A stretch of 64,000 bases of DNA from NCBI GenBank assembly GCA_028279505.1, contig JANQNP010000067.1, forward strand, positions 9-64,008, given 5' to 3'. Positions 47,321 through 57,454 of this stretch are shown one piece after another (positions within the stretch are counted from its first letter, which is position 1; every line of letters begins with the position of its first letter). A program made the position numbers and the translations under genes. The notes beneath the pieces were generated by a model, which saw only the letters and a list, made by a program, of their open reading frames with translations, searched no databases and was not told the DNA's origin. The stretch is from Dehalococcoidia bacterium (GTDB taxonomy: Bacteria > Chloroflexota > Dehalococcoidia > UBA2979).

Positions 47321-48166
47321 CTACGCCTCAGGCGACGCCGTCGCCACGAGCCACCGGATCCGCCGCGTCCCGTCGAGCTGCTCGCGCAGCACCAGCGTGC
47401 ACGTCCCCCAGCCACGCCGCGCGTCACCTTCGAGGACTTCGAACCAACCGAGGTGCGCCGACTGATGGCGGCTCAGCGGCAGCGCGTCCAGCTCGTGGAA
47501 GACGAGACGCCCCTCGCCGCGGCGCGCGGCGACGAGCTGGTCGGCGACCGCTTCGCGCCCGATCTCCCAGCCGCTACCCGGCAGCGACGCGCACACATCC
47601 GAGGTGAGGAGATCCTCGAACGCCGGCGTGGCGCCGTAGAGCGCCTCGCCGATCGGCGCGATTCGCGCCGCACGAGGCGTGTCGCCAGCGTCGTCGGCCG
47701 GCGAGGCAGCGGACAGCGCCTCGAGCACCTCCACCTGCCCAGCCCACATCTCGGCGGTCATCGGCGCGAGGTAGTTCATCTGCTGGCTGACGATCTGCCA
47801 ATCGTCCTCCAGCCTCGCGAGCACCGTCAGGTACCCGCCCGACAGCATCCGCGCCGACCCATCGTCCGATGCGAGCACGTACACCCCGCGCGACACCGCA
47901 CGCTCACCGAGGACAAACCGGTCCTGCTCGATCAGCGCGAGCCGCGGCGGCACCGACTCCATGAACCAGGTGAGCGCCGCCTCGATCGCCGGTCGGCCAT
48001 CGAGCACGATCCCGCTCGCGGCAAGCCAGCGCGCATCCACGGCGTACAGGTCCGCGACCGCAGCCGCGTCCCCGTCGTTGTAGCGCTGCTGGTACGACTC
48101 GAAGAGCCGATCGATCCCGACGGTCGGCGGCAGGCGATCAGGTGGCCGGACAGTGAGGGCACTCAT
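47321..48166 (-). CDS. Tandem SnoaL-like / NTF2-fold (DUF4440-type) protein
   Basis: Two repeats of the NTF2-like pattern (YAVDARWLAASG...GRPAIEAAL; second half ALSAASPADDAG...). Confidence 0.6.
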   Translation of the reverse strand: MSALTVRPPDRLPPTVGIDRLFESYQQRYNDGDAAAVADLYAVDARWLAASGIVLDGRPAIEAALTWFMESVPPRLALIEQDRFVLGERAVSRGVYVLASDDGSARMLSGGYLTVLARLEDDWQIVSQQMNYLAPMTAEMWAGQVEVLEALSAASPADDAGDTPRAARIAPIGEALYGATPAFEDLLTSDVCASLPGSGWEIGREAVADQLVAARRGEGRLVFHELDALPLSRHQSAHLGWFEVLEGDARRGWGTCTLVLREQLDGTRRIRWLVATASPEA

Positions 48167-48254
48167 CGACGATCAACCTATCGAGCACCCTCGATCTTCA
48201 CGAGGGCACAACGTCACGAAGTGAGGGGCCGGAGGAGCATACGGCTCGGGACCT

Positions 48255-49523
48255 CTAGCCAGAAGCCGCCTCCGCATGTTCCTGCGCGCGATCGACGCGA
48301 TCCGCCTCGCGCCGCTCGATCGGCCGCCCCGCCGTCCGCGCGATGAACGCGAACGCACCGAGGACAATCACGATCGCCGCCGTGACGAACACCGCACGCG
48401 TCCCCACCGCATCGTTCACCACACCCGTGAGCATCGACCCCAACAACACGCCCGACCCGAACGCCGTCGAGGTCACGCTCATCACCGTCGCCATCCCCAG
48501 ACCGCGACCGATGTCCACCGTCACCGCCTGCGCCGCGACGTTCACCACCGAGGACCCGACCCCGACGCCGAACATGAACCCGAGCAGGATCACCCAGTAG
48601 CTGTCCACGAACGCCGGCGTCAGGTACCCGACCCCCACGAGGCCCGATCCCAGCAACACGAGCACGCGCCGGCTCACCCGGTCCGCGAACAGCCCGGACA
48701 CCGGCTGCATCAACCCGCTCGTCACCTGCTGCGCCGCCAGCACCGCGCCCACCATCGTCGCCGTCGCCGCCAGCTCGTTCTCCAGGAACAGCGCCACGAA
48801 CGTGAAGCTCGCCCCCATCGCGAACGCAAGCGACGTCCGCACGATGTAGAGCGCCTGCACGTACGGGTGCAGCAGGATCTCCCGCCACGGCACCAGCGCC
48901 GGCGCGCCCGAGGCGCCCACACGCGTCGACCGCGATTGCGGCAGCAGCAGGAACGCCAGCATCGTCGAAGCCGTGAACAGCGCCGCCATGCTCAGGAACA
49001 CCGCGTCGATGCTGAACTGATCGCGGATCACCCCGGCCACGATCGGACCGGTCCCGAACCCAACGAAGTCGAAGACCCCGTAGGCGCCCATGTAGCGCCC
49101 CTCGTGACCGTCCGGCGCCAGGTCGCCGATGTACGCCGCGGACAGTGAGAAGATGAACGCCGACCCGATCCCGGAGAACGCCCGGAACGCGATCGTCCAG
49201 AACACCGCGTCCGTCGCCCACCACCCCAGCGCCGTCACGATGTACGTCGACAGCCCCAGCACCAGGAACTGCTTCCGCCCGTACCGGTCCGCGATCCGCC
49301 CGCTGAATGGGCTGATGAACAGCTGCGTGATCGCGAACGCGGAGAACGCCAGCCCGATCTCCGCGCCCGACGCACCCTGCGCCTCGGCGTAGACCGGCAG
49401 GATCGGCGTCACCATGCCGATGCCCATCGTCGCCGTGAACATCGCCATCGCGACCGTCAGGAAGGTCCGGCTCAGCACCCTGTTGTCCTTCGACGCCGCC
49501 GCACGGCGGCCAATGCACCCCAA
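48255..49523 (-). CDS. MFS transporter (12 TMS)
   Basis: GRIADRYGRKQ (motif A), 12 hydrophobic helices. Confidence 0.9.
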   Translation of the reverse strand: MGCIGRRAAASKDNRVLSRTFLTVAMAMFTATMGIGMVTPILPVYAEAQGASGAEIGLAFSAFAITQLFISPFSGRIADRYGRKQFLVLGLSTYIVTALGWWATDAVFWTIAFRAFSGIGSAFIFSLSAAYIGDLAPDGHEGRYMGAYGVFDFVGFGTGPIVAGVIRDQFSIDAVFLSMAALFTASTMLAFLLLPQSRSTRVGASGAPALVPWREILLHPYVQALYIVRTSLAFAMGASFTFVALFLENELAATATMVGAVLAAQQVTSGLMQPVSGLFADRVSRRVLVLLGSGLVGVGYLTPAFVDSYWVILLGFMFGVGVGSSVVNVAAQAVTVDIGRGLGMATVMSVTSTAFGSGVLLGSMLTGVVNDAVGTRAVFVTAAIVIVLGAFAFIARTAGRPIERREADRVDRAQEHAEAASG

Positions 49524-49576
49524 CGAAAAGCCCGCCGGATGGCGGGCTGGTCAGTCACGGTCGAGGTAGCAGCCCG

Positions 49577-49882
49577 CTACCAGCTCGACTTCTTCACGCC
49601 CGGGAGCATCCCCTGGTTCGCAAGCTCGCGGAACACGATCCGCGAGACCCCAAACTTGCGCATGTACGCCCGAGGGCGCCCCGTCACGCCGCAACGGTTC
49701 ACCAGCCGCGTCGCGCTCGAGTCCCGCGGCAGCTTCCCGAGCTTCGTGTACGCCTCCAGCTTGTCGTCTGGCGAGGCGTTCGGATCGGAGATCACCTTCG
49801 TCAGCTCGGCACGCTTCTCGGCGTAGCGCTCGATCAGCACCTGTCGCCGGGCGTTCTTCGCAAGCTTGGATTTCTTGGCCAT
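49577..49882 (-). CDS. rpsN: 30S ribosomal protein S14, long zinc-independent (C-minus) type, 101 aa
   Basis: [29 protein letters not shown]...[39 protein letters not shown]; no CxxC zinc ribbon; stand-alone, not in a ribosomal operon. Confidence 0.9.
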   Translation of the reverse strand: MAKKSKLAKNARRQVLIERYAEKRAELTKVISDPNASPDDKLEAYTKLGKLPRDSSATRLVNRCGVTGRPRAYMRKFGVSRIVFRELANQGMLPGVKKSSW

Positions 49883-50059
49883 GGAGAGTTCTGTCCTGCT
49901 GTAAGCGCGAAGAGCGAGTATGACGGTGTATCGACCGAGCGGCAACGGGGCTCCCGCAACCCACCGACCGAGTGCCCGCCCCGCCCGCGACCACTGCGGA
50001 CCGGAGCTCGGCTCTGGTGACCAAGCCGCCCCCTGCGTAGGATCCGCCCACCCGTAACC

Positions 50060-50079
50060 GGTCACGAAGAGCGGTGACC
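50060..50079. promoter_or_regulatory. Inverted repeat GGTCAC-N8-GTGACC, 5 nt upstream of the GAGGAGG RBS of the CoA transferase gene, in the intergenic region it shares divergently with rpsN
   Basis: Seen in sequence. Confidence 0.3.
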
Positions 50080-50095
50080 CGATAGAGGAGGATTC

Positions 50096-51346
50096 ATGGC
50101 GTCCGGCCCCCTGAACGGCGTGCGCGTGCTGGAGTTCACACAGATCATCGCCGGCCCGCTCTCGTGCCAGCTCCTCTCCGACCTCGGCGCGGACGTCATC
50201 AAGATCGAGCCTCCGCAGGGCGAACCGTGGCGCCTCGCACAGCAGTTCATCCCACTCGAATCCAAGACCTACCAGGGCCTGAATCGCGGCAAGCGCTCCC
50301 TCGCCATCGACCTCGCCCACCCCGACGCCCGCGAGGTGATCTACAAGCTCCTCGAAGACATCGACGTGATGGTCATCAACTACCGGCCGGACGTCCCCAC
50401 CAAGCTCGGCATCGACTACGAATCCGTCCGCGCCATCAAGCCCGACATCATCTACGCCGACAACACCGCCTTCGGCCGCGAAGGCCCCTGGGCCACCCGC
50501 CCGGGCTACGACATCGTCGTCCAGGCCGCCTCCGGCCTCATGGCCGGTCTCGCCAAGCTCGACGACCGAGGTAACCCCAAGGTCGGCGGCGCCTACGCCG
50601 ACTACACCACCGGGTACTCGCTCGCCCTCGGCATCTCCGCTGCCCTCTACCACCGCGCACAGACCGGCCAGGGCCAGATGCTCGAGACCTCACTGCTGAT
50701 CAACGCCTTCCACATCCAGGGCCAGTCGATGTCCCTCCCCGCTGCCGACGCCGCCACACGCGGCAAGCTCCTCGCCGACCTCGAAACCCGCGAGGCCGAT
50801 GGGGTCGACTACGCCCAGTTCGTCCGCGACCACGAGCGCATCCCGCAGATCTACTACCGCGCCTACGCCACGAAAGACGGCGCGATCGCCATCGGCGCGC
50901 TCTCGGCGTCCCTCCGCGCCAAGGTCCGCGCGGCCTTCGAGGTCGAACACAACCGCGACGAACCCGGCTACGACATGCACGACCCCGCACAGCAGGCCAT
51001 CGACGCCGCCGTCACCGAGCAGGTCGAAGCGATGGTCCGCGAACAAACCTCCGACTACTGGGAATCCCACCTCGAGTCCCACGGCGTCCCCGTGAGCAAG
51101 GTCAACTTCGTCGAGGAGCTCTCATCGCACCCGCAGGTCACCGAGAACGACTACATGGTCCACCTCGACCACGAACTCTCCGGCCCGCAGGAGATGGCCG
51201 CCCCACCGTGGCGAATGAGCGAAACCCCGCCCGCCGCCCAGGGCGCCGCCCCACCGCTCGGTCGCGACACCGACGCCATCCTCGAGGCCGCCGGCTACCC
51301 CGCCGACAAGATCGCCGCCCTCCGCGAGGCCGGCGCCATCCACTAG
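50096..51346 (+). CDS. Family III CoA transferase (CaiB/BaiF)
   Basis: [31 protein letters not shown]; second paralogue in the window. Confidence 0.9.
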   Translation: MASGPLNGVRVLEFTQIIAGPLSCQLLSDLGADVIKIEPPQGEPWRLAQQFIPLESKTYQGLNRGKRSLAIDLAHPDAREVIYKLLEDIDVMVINYRPDVPTKLGIDYESVRAIKPDIIYADNTAFGREGPWATRPGYDIVVQAASGLMAGLAKLDDRGNPKVGGAYADYTTGYSLALGISAALYHRAQTGQGQMLETSLLINAFHIQGQSMSLPAADAATRGKLLADLETREADGVDYAQFVRDHERIPQIYYRAYATKDGAIAIGALSASLRAKVRAAFEVEHNRDEPGYDMHDPAQQAIDAAVTEQVEAMVREQTSDYWESHLESHGVPVSKVNFVEELSSHPQVTENDYMVHLDHELSGPQEMAAPPWRMSETPPAAQGAAPPLGRDTDAILEAAGYPADKIAALREAGAIH

Positions 51347-51374
51347 CGACGCCGGTCCGAGCAGGTTCCCCCCG

Positions 51375-51989
51375 TCACGGCGTTGGCATCTCCTCAATCA
51401 CCACGTCGACCCAGACGGAGGTACCACCCTCGGGGTTCGGAGACTCGATGCGGGTCGGCAGACCATCCGTCCAGTGCTCCGTGACGACCGAGCCATCCGG
51501 GTTGGTGGTGGTCACACGTGAGTCGCCGCCACCCAGGCGTAGCTCCTCAACGGAGCTGCCATCATCGAAGTCGACTCTCATGCTCGTCAGCTCCCCGGAG
51601 GCGTCGTAGTCAGAGGTCATCCTCGAGCCCTGGAACACGTCGGTCGTCGTGCGGCTCCCATCCTCGTGAGTGTCGGTCGTCGACGCGCTCGCGCCGGAAC
51701 GCTCGAGTGGAGCCTGCATCCACTCGTCCGTGACCTCGCCGTTGGCGTCCCGCACGGTCACCGTCCGCAGCCCATCCTCGTCAAGGACTGACTCGACGGT
51801 CGAGCCATCGGCGTTCGTCGCCGTCGCGCGGCTCGGCCCGCGCTGATTCGCGATCCTCGAGGGCCCGCCACCACTCGCGGCCGCCGGTCCCGGGTCGAGC
51901 GTCGCGCCCGAGCCAGCTCCACCCGGAGCCCCACCGCCGGCCGCCGGCTGCGGAGTCTGAGGTGCGTTCGCTACGTTGCCTCGTTCCAT
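51375..51989 (-). CDS. Hypothetical protein with YD-repeat-like segments
   Basis: TNADGSTVESV..., RDANGEVTDEW, SDYDASGELTSMRVDFDDGSSVEEL and TNPDGSVVTEHW resemble Rhs/YD repeats; Gly/Pro-rich N-terminus; no signal peptide seen. Confidence 0.45.
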   Translation of the reverse strand: MERGNVANAPQTPQPAAGGGAPGGAGSGATLDPGPAAASGGGPSRIANQRGPSRATATNADGSTVESVLDEDGLRTVTVRDANGEVTDEWMQAPLERSGASASTTDTHEDGSRTTTDVFQGSRMTSDYDASGELTSMRVDFDDGSSVEELRLGGGDSRVTTTNPDGSVVTEHWTDGLPTRIESPNPEGGTSVWVDVVIEEMPTP

Positions 51990-52032
51990 CGATTCCTCCA
52001 CGGTCCGGCGCCGATCAGCGCCATCACTTCCG

Positions 52033-54102
52033 TCAGTCCTGCTGAGGGTTCCGCTCGCACAGGTTCTCGATCGCCCGATTCGATGTGCCGAGGCTCCGAA
52101 GATCCTCGAGTACATACGAACACCACTCGCCGATCACCCGGGACGCAAAGCGCGCTTCCGGGAACTCTGGATCGATCACCGAGGTCTCCGGGTCGACGAC
52201 CCGGCGGTTAGTCGTGAATTCGACCGTGGGACCGAACCCGCAGCCACCCGGGTCGGGATCCGCGACCGCGATCCAGGGACGTTCGAACGAACGCACCACC
52301 GTCAGCGGCAGCCGGACGTGCGCGGCGTAGGCCCCGGCCCCGCACGAGTAGCGACCGCTGTCCGGCGAGTCCACCAGGTCGAACGCGTAGCGGTAGAAGT
52401 GTTCGCCATCGATGATCACCGTCTCTAAACGGACACCCCGCCCGCCCTCGGCGGTCCCGAACGGCGTCGCGAGGCCCGGCGCCTCCGTCGCCGCGAGCGA
52501 AGCATCACCGCCGGGCGCGGCGACGCTGTCGCCTGTGTCCGAGCCACCTCCGAGGACCAACACCGCGACGAGCACGACGCCGATCGCACCGATCCCCAGA
52601 CCGATCACGAGTGGCAGATTCCAGTTCTCCCAGAACGGCCCGGACCCTGGCAGCGCAACCTCGCTGCCGCTCCCCTTGTCGCCCGACGTCGCGCCCAGAG
52701 GTTCGGCAACCGCTGGACCCGGCGGCGCCGACGTGCCAGCGCCGCCTGATGCCGGTCGCGCCGGCGGTGCCGCCGTCGTTGCGGTGGCCCCACGCCGGGC
52801 CTCGGTCGTTGCCCGCAACGCGCCCGAGGACAGCGCCGCCAGCCGAGCCACCCCATCTCGACCGCGCTCCGGCGGCGCGAGCGCGGCGCCGGGCGCCACC
52901 TCGTCGAAGAGCCCACCGTCGACGGCATCGTGGTAGCTGCGAAGCACCCTCCGCGGCGACGCCGCGCGCAGATAGCCCTCAACCAACCGATCCAACCGCC
53001 CCGTAGCCAGGTCTGAGCGAACCTCGGCGAGCCGGTCGCGCGGCACAGCGAAGTAAGCGCGTCGCGCGCCGTCGACCTCGTAGAGCACGTAGTCCCACGT
53101 AACGCGAAACGGACGGACCGCAAACCCCGGTCGAACGATCGAACCCAGCGCCTCGCCCATCGGATGAGTGCGAGGCTCGGATGCACAATCCCTCGAGGGC
53201 GCTCGCGAGACCTGCGACTCGAGCGGTAGCGCCTCCATGCCCGCGACGAAATCGTCGACGAGCTCGAGCTCGGTATCGGTCAGCGCGGAAGACAACCGCT
53301 CGCGGGCTGCGTCCCAGCTCCGCTCCAGCAGGCGCTGACCGCTGATCGCCGGCGCCAACCGCCGTCGCAACGAGGCGTCACGCCCCTCCGCGTACAGGTC
53401 GACGCCGAACGCGCTTCGATCGATGTACCAGCCGAACCGATCAACCGCCGGCGCGACATCAGCCTCAACCGCCGGCGGCAGCGATCGGCGGCTTCGAAGC
53501 CCGGTCGCCACATCGAGGCAGAGCAGCGCGCCGCCGGTCGCGACCGCGAGCGCCGCCGCCAGCGGACGCCCCTTGCAGTAGTCCCCGCCGAGCTCCAGTC
53601 GCCCCCACCGAGGCCGCACAAGCAACCCCGGCGAATCGCTCCGCTCCATCAGCAGCATCAACGCCGGCGCGAACGTCCGCGCAAACAACCCGGCCACTTC
53701 CACCACGTGCTCATCGGGAATCGCGACCGAGAGGTGCGTCGACACACCCTCGATGGCGAACTCGTCCTCCAGGAGGTCGGTCAGCGTGCGATCGCCCGCG
53801 GCGATCCAGCGCAGCGCCTCATCGGTGAACCCGGGCTCGAGCGCGATCGGAGGAGTCGCGAACTCCGCCTCCGACCCATCGCACGTCAGCGCGAGCCCAC
53901 TCGGCAGCCGCACAGCATGCCGGTCGCCCGGATCGAGCCGGGCGCGCGGAACCTCGAGGGCGGGCAACAGTCGACGGAAGTCGACAGGCGCGCCGTCCAG
54001 GGCGCGAACGATGAACTCGTGCTCGATCCCGACAACGGTGCCGGAATCGACCGGAACAGCGAGCCGAGGCTCGGCGACGCCACCCCTACTGATCGTGACC
54101 AC
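52033..54102 (-). CDS. Large fusion protein: cytoplasmic carboxylate-amine-ligase-like (GCS2/YbdK-like?) N-terminal region, one TM helix, and a C-terminal Cys-containing extracytoplasmic domain
   Basis: N-terminal VGIEHEFIV...THLSVAI loosely resembles the GCS2 GxExE / HxH motifs (low confidence). TM helix LPLVIGLGIGAIGVVLVAVLVLG. C-terminal DPDPGGCGFGPTV motif is shared with the lipoprotein 12598..14001. Confidence 0.55.
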   Translation of the reverse strand: MVTISRGGVAEPRLAVPVDSGTVVGIEHEFIVRALDGAPVDFRRLLPALEVPRARLDPGDRHAVRLPSGLALTCDGSEAEFATPPIALEPGFTDEALRWIAAGDRTLTDLLEDEFAIEGVSTHLSVAIPDEHVVEVAGLFARTFAPALMLLMERSDSPGLLVRPRWGRLELGGDYCKGRPLAAALAVATGGALLCLDVATGLRSRRSLPPAVEADVAPAVDRFGWYIDRSAFGVDLYAEGRDASLRRRLAPAISGQRLLERSWDAARERLSSALTDTELELVDDFVAGMEALPLESQVSRAPSRDCASEPRTHPMGEALGSIVRPGFAVRPFRVTWDYVLYEVDGARRAYFAVPRDRLAEVRSDLATGRLDRLVEGYLRAASPRRVLRSYHDAVDGGLFDEVAPGAALAPPERGRDGVARLAALSSGALRATTEARRGATATTAAPPARPASGGAGTSAPPGPAVAEPLGATSGDKGSGSEVALPGSGPFWENWNLPLVIGLGIGAIGVVLVAVLVLGGGSDTGDSVAAPGGDASLAATEAPGLATPFGTAEGGRGVRLETVIIDGEHFYRYAFDLVDSPDSGRYSCGAGAYAAHVRLPLTVVRSFERPWIAVADPDPGGCGFGPTVEFTTNRRVVDPETSVIDPEFPEARFASRVIGEWCSYVLEDLRSLGTSNRAIENLCERNPQQD

Positions 54103-54287
54103 GCCTCGTCGCCCCTCGTCACCAATTCGCCCCGACCGACCGGACTGTACTAGAGAACCATGCAGCCTCGGCTACTCCCGGGGCGCCGGGGAGTATCACC
54201 CATCGCACCCGCCTCCGCCCGACAGCTCACATCGAAGCGCCCATCGCTTCGAGGAACCGTCGAAACGGAAGAGGCTGCAACCGGCTT

Positions 54288-55295
54288 CTAGGCCGGCGTC
54301 GCTTCGGGCGTCGGCTCGACGGTCGGTTCGGGAGTCGGGTCCGGTGTCGGGGTGGGTTCCGGAGTCGCCGAGGCACCCGGTCCGGGCGTCGGCTCCGGCG
54401 TTGCCTCAGGAGCCGGCTCCGGCGTGCTCGTCGGTTCGGGCGTCGCCGCCGGCTCGGGCGTCGCAGTGGACTGGGGCGTGCCCGTCGGCTCAGGCGTCGC
54501 AGCTGGCTCCGGAGTGCCCGCAGGCTCGGGCGTCGCCGCCGGCTCGGGCGTGGCTGTGGGCTCCGGCGTCGCCGACGGCTCCGAGCCCGAATCGTCTGAC
54601 GTCCCGACGGTCTGATCCGCGATCTCAACCTCGTTCGACGGCTCAGACTCCATCCCCGACGCATCGATCCCGACCACCCGGTAGTAGAACGTCACCCCGT
54701 CCTCGATCGGCGAGTCGACGAACTCACTCCCCAGCGGCGCCCCAACGATCTCGTACGGCCCGCCCGAACTCCGCGAACGGAGCACGACGTACCCCACGCT
54801 CACATCGTCATCCGGCCAATCCAACGTCGCGTACCGAATCGAGTGATGCTCCGACCCAGTCAGATGCCCACCGAGGAAGTACGTGAACTTCGGCCGGCAA
54901 TGCACGCGGGGCGACTCCGCCGGCTCCCCTGGCGCCCCGCCAACCACCGCACTCACCCGGTACTGATGCCGGAGGAAGCTCGGCTTCAGCGCCAGCTCCG
55001 TCGTCCCCCCACCCACCGAGGCAAGATCGCGATACCCCGAGGAAAACGGCCCTTTGTGCTCAATCTCGTACCCCTCGGCACCCTCGACCGCCCCCCACTC
55101 CAGCTGCGCGATCGGGTGGCGGTACCAGTCGATGTCACAGTCGACGTCCGCCGGGGTCCCCGACGGCACGTCGATGTCCGCCGGGATCACGAGGGCGTCG
55201 AGCTGGCTATCGCCAACAGAGATCGTCGCCGCGTTTGCGGTGATCGTCGTGATCGCCACGACCAGCAGTCCCAGAACGACGACGCGCCTGATCAC
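54288..55295 (-). CDS. Secreted FN3-like-domain protein with a C-terminal (T/A)PEPx Pro/Thr-rich repeat tail
   Basis: Signal peptide VVLGLLVVAITTITANAAT; FN3-like EWGAVEGAEGYEIEHKG and FYYRVVGIDASGMESEPSNEV; about 20 TPEPA-type repeats. Confidence 0.65.
   Translation of the reverse strand: MIRRVVVLGLLVVAITTITANAATISVGDSQLDALVIPADIDVPSGTPADVDCDIDWYRHPIAQLEWGAVEGAEGYEIEHKGPFSSGYRDLASVGGGTTELALKPSFLRHQYRVSAVVGGAPGEPAESPRVHCRPKFTYFLGGHLTGSEHHSIRYATLDWPDDDVSVGYVVLRSRSSGGPYEIVGAPLGSEFVDSPIEDGVTFYYRVVGIDASGMESEPSNEVEIADQTVGTSDDSGSEPSATPEPTATPEPAATPEPAGTPEPAATPEPTGTPQSTATPEPAATPEPTSTPEPAPEATPEPTPGPGASATPEPTPTPDPTPEPTVEPTPEATPA
54291..54600. repeat. 15 nt periodic tandem DNA repeats (ggctcSggcgtcgcY-like) encoding the TPEPA linker
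   Basis: Seen in sequence, within the CDS 54288..55295. Confidence 0.6.
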
Positions 55296-56920
55296 TCGCG
55301 GTCGCCCGCCAGCTCAGTGAGATTGGAGAAGGGTGAGCCGGCTGGCTGACCATCTCCTTGGCCGGTCACGTACTCGTACGAATCCTCGCCTTCACGAACG
55401 AAGTAGCGCGTCCCACGCAGCCCTTGCTCCATGAAGATGATGCCGCCGTCGCGCCGTGCGAGACGCGCCAGGTCGGACATCGTGGCAAGCACCGTCACCT
55501 TCGAGGCCGTCCCGGCCTGTCCTGGCTGAACACGCAGCAGCATCGAGTGATAGCGCGCCTGGATCCTGCCGTCCTCGTCGCGCCCGACGCCGAGCAGCCA
55601 GACGGCGAGCGCTCCCCCGAGCACGACTGCCCCGAGAACGAACCCGGCGACGGCAACCTGCCGCCAGCGGGCGACCGTCAGCTCGAGGCCCAACGGCGCG
55701 TAGGTGTTCGACACCTGGATCGTCTCACCGAGGCTGGTCGGTTCGCTCTGCGAGAGCAGCGTCGCTGGCCGGATCTCAGTGTCGCTGTACTCCACCGACA
55801 GCACCGGACTGAACTGCTCGCTGATCTGATTCGGGCCGAGCGCCCCTTGTAGGTCGACGGTCGGCACGACCTGCAGCTCATAGCGGGCAGGCGTGAAGCC
55901 GGTCTCCGCCTCCAGCGCCTCGACCAGGGCCGCAATCTCAGAGAACCGGAACCGCAGTTCGCCGCTGGTCTCCGCACCCTCGAACGGCATCGGGTCGATC
56001 GTGATCGGCGTCTGCGTCCACCCGTCCCCCGCACGAACCTGCAGTTCGAACCCTAGCTCGCCGCCCACGACCGGAGGCAGCGACGAGCTCAACGCGTAGT
56101 TGAAGCGAACCACCATCTCGCGCGCCAGGTTCGTGTAGACCGGCTGATCGAGGACCGCGGTTCCCTCCTCGTCGGTCTCGGACGGCGCGATGATCCCACC
56201 CGGATACAACCGCGAAGGCTCCATCACGAGGTAGTAGTCGAACCCGCCCTGATGCTCGTACGCGAGCTGCTCATCGAACGCCGAGTGCGACGAGTCCTCC
56301 CGGAACGCCCCGAACCCGATCGCCGCGAACAGCAGGATCGCCCCGGCACCCAGGGCGAGAGGCAGGAACAACGCCGCGGGAAGCGGCGGCATCGATCCGA
56401 GCCCGCTCGCCGACTCATGTCGCTCGCCGCCATGCTCGCTCGTCATCACCGTCCTCCTTCGCGCACGACCACTCGAGGTCCGCCAGTTGATCCCGCCGAT
56501 CGCGAACAGACCGGCCGCCGCGATCCCGAAGTGAACCGGCTCGCCAAGCCGGAGCAGCTGACTCGCCCCACCGGGCACGGCGAACCACTGCCGCCCGAGA
56601 ATCTCGTCGGGCGTCGGTCTCCAGTCATCAATCTCGTTCCGGTTGTCACCCTGAGGAACGAACCCCTCGGCCGCGTTGCCACCAACAATCCGGTGGATTA
56701 CCACACCGCCCTCCGGCACCCGGAAGGCGATCACATCTCCGACCTCGTAGTCCGAAGCACGCCGAACGACCACCAGGTCGCCGGTGTATAGCGTCGGCTC
56801 CATGCTGATGCCCGAGACGAAGATGTAGTCTGCCGGACCGTTCAGCATGAACCCCGGCCGGAGCAGCACGAACCAGCTAGCGAGCAGCAAGACCGGGATC
56901 AGCGTGGCTAGCTTGCGCAC
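55292..56920 (-). CDS. SipW-type (archaeal/ER-type S26) signal peptidase I fused to a C-terminal domain of about 350 aa containing TM helices
   Basis: VSGISMEPTLYTGDLVVV (Ser box) and VIHRIVG (His box) match SipW-type peptidases. Additional TM segments (ALFLPLALGAGAILLFAAIGFGAF; VAVAGFVLGAVVLGGALAVWLLGV). Its stop overlaps the next gene's start (ATGA). Confidence 0.75.
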   Translation of the reverse strand: MRKLATLIPVLLLASWFVLLRPGFMLNGPADYIFVSGISMEPTLYTGDLVVVRRASDYEVGDVIAFRVPEGGVVIHRIVGGNAAEGFVPQGDNRNEIDDWRPTPDEILGRQWFAVPGGASQLLRLGEPVHFGIAAAGLFAIGGINWRTSSGRARRRTVMTSEHGGERHESASGLGSMPPLPAALFLPLALGAGAILLFAAIGFGAFREDSSHSAFDEQLAYEHQGGFDYYLVMEPSRLYPGGIIAPSETDEEGTAVLDQPVYTNLAREMVVRFNYALSSSLPPVVGGELGFELQVRAGDGWTQTPITIDPMPFEGAETSGELRFRFSEIAALVEALEAETGFTPARYELQVVPTVDLQGALGPNQISEQFSPVLSVEYSDTEIRPATLLSQSEPTSLGETIQVSNTYAPLGLELTVARWRQVAVAGFVLGAVVLGGALAVWLLGVGRDEDGRIQARYHSMLLRVQPGQAGTASKVTVLATMSDLARLARRDGGIIFMEQGLRGTRYFVREGEDSYEYVTGQGDGQPAGSPFSNLTELAGDRE

Positions 56921-56961
56921 GATCTGATCCCGGTCATCTGCTCATCCACCAGGTCCCGGCG

Positions 56962-57402
56962 TCACAGATCCACGCAGGTACCGGGGCTGGCGTTCTGGAA
57001 GCAAACCGTCAAACGAATGGAATCGATCTCTTCAAGCAGGATCCCCTGCCCGAAGAAGTTGAAGTCCGCCGTCGACGGCGCCCCGTTCGGTGCCATCACC
57101 CGATGCAACGTCGACCCGAGGGGTGCGCCGCTTCCATCTCGAAGCGTGAGAAACGCATCCACCTCGACGAGTCCTGGAGGCCCATCCTTCGCCAGTGTGA
57201 CGAAGACTCGGTGCAGCTCCAACGGCGAACTCGCGTCCGCCTGCCAGGTCACGTCTGTGACCTTGACCGGCGGCGCATCAACGACGCCGGAGCCACCCGC
57301 CCCAGAGCTCCCACCCACGCTCCCGCCGGTCGCGTGCGCGACCGTAAGAGCGAGGGCGAAGACCCCGAAGACGACCGGCAAGAGCCGAGTGAGTCTCCTC
57401 AT
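56962..57402 (-). CDS. Small secreted protein (possible SipW/SPase substrate)
   Basis: Signal peptide MRRLTRLLPVVFGVFALALTVAHATGG followed by a Gly/Ser-rich stretch. Confidence 0.5.
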   Translation of the reverse strand: MRRLTRLLPVVFGVFALALTVAHATGGSVGGSSGAGGSGVVDAPPVKVTDVTWQADASSPLELHRVFVTLAKDGPPGLVEVDAFLTLRDGSGAPLGSTLHRVMAPNGAPSTADFNFFGQGILLEEIDSIRLTVCFQNASPGTCVDL

Positions 57403-57454
57403 CGGCCCTCCCTCACAACGATCTCGCTAGAGGAGCTCTAGTGAGCACGCGGAC

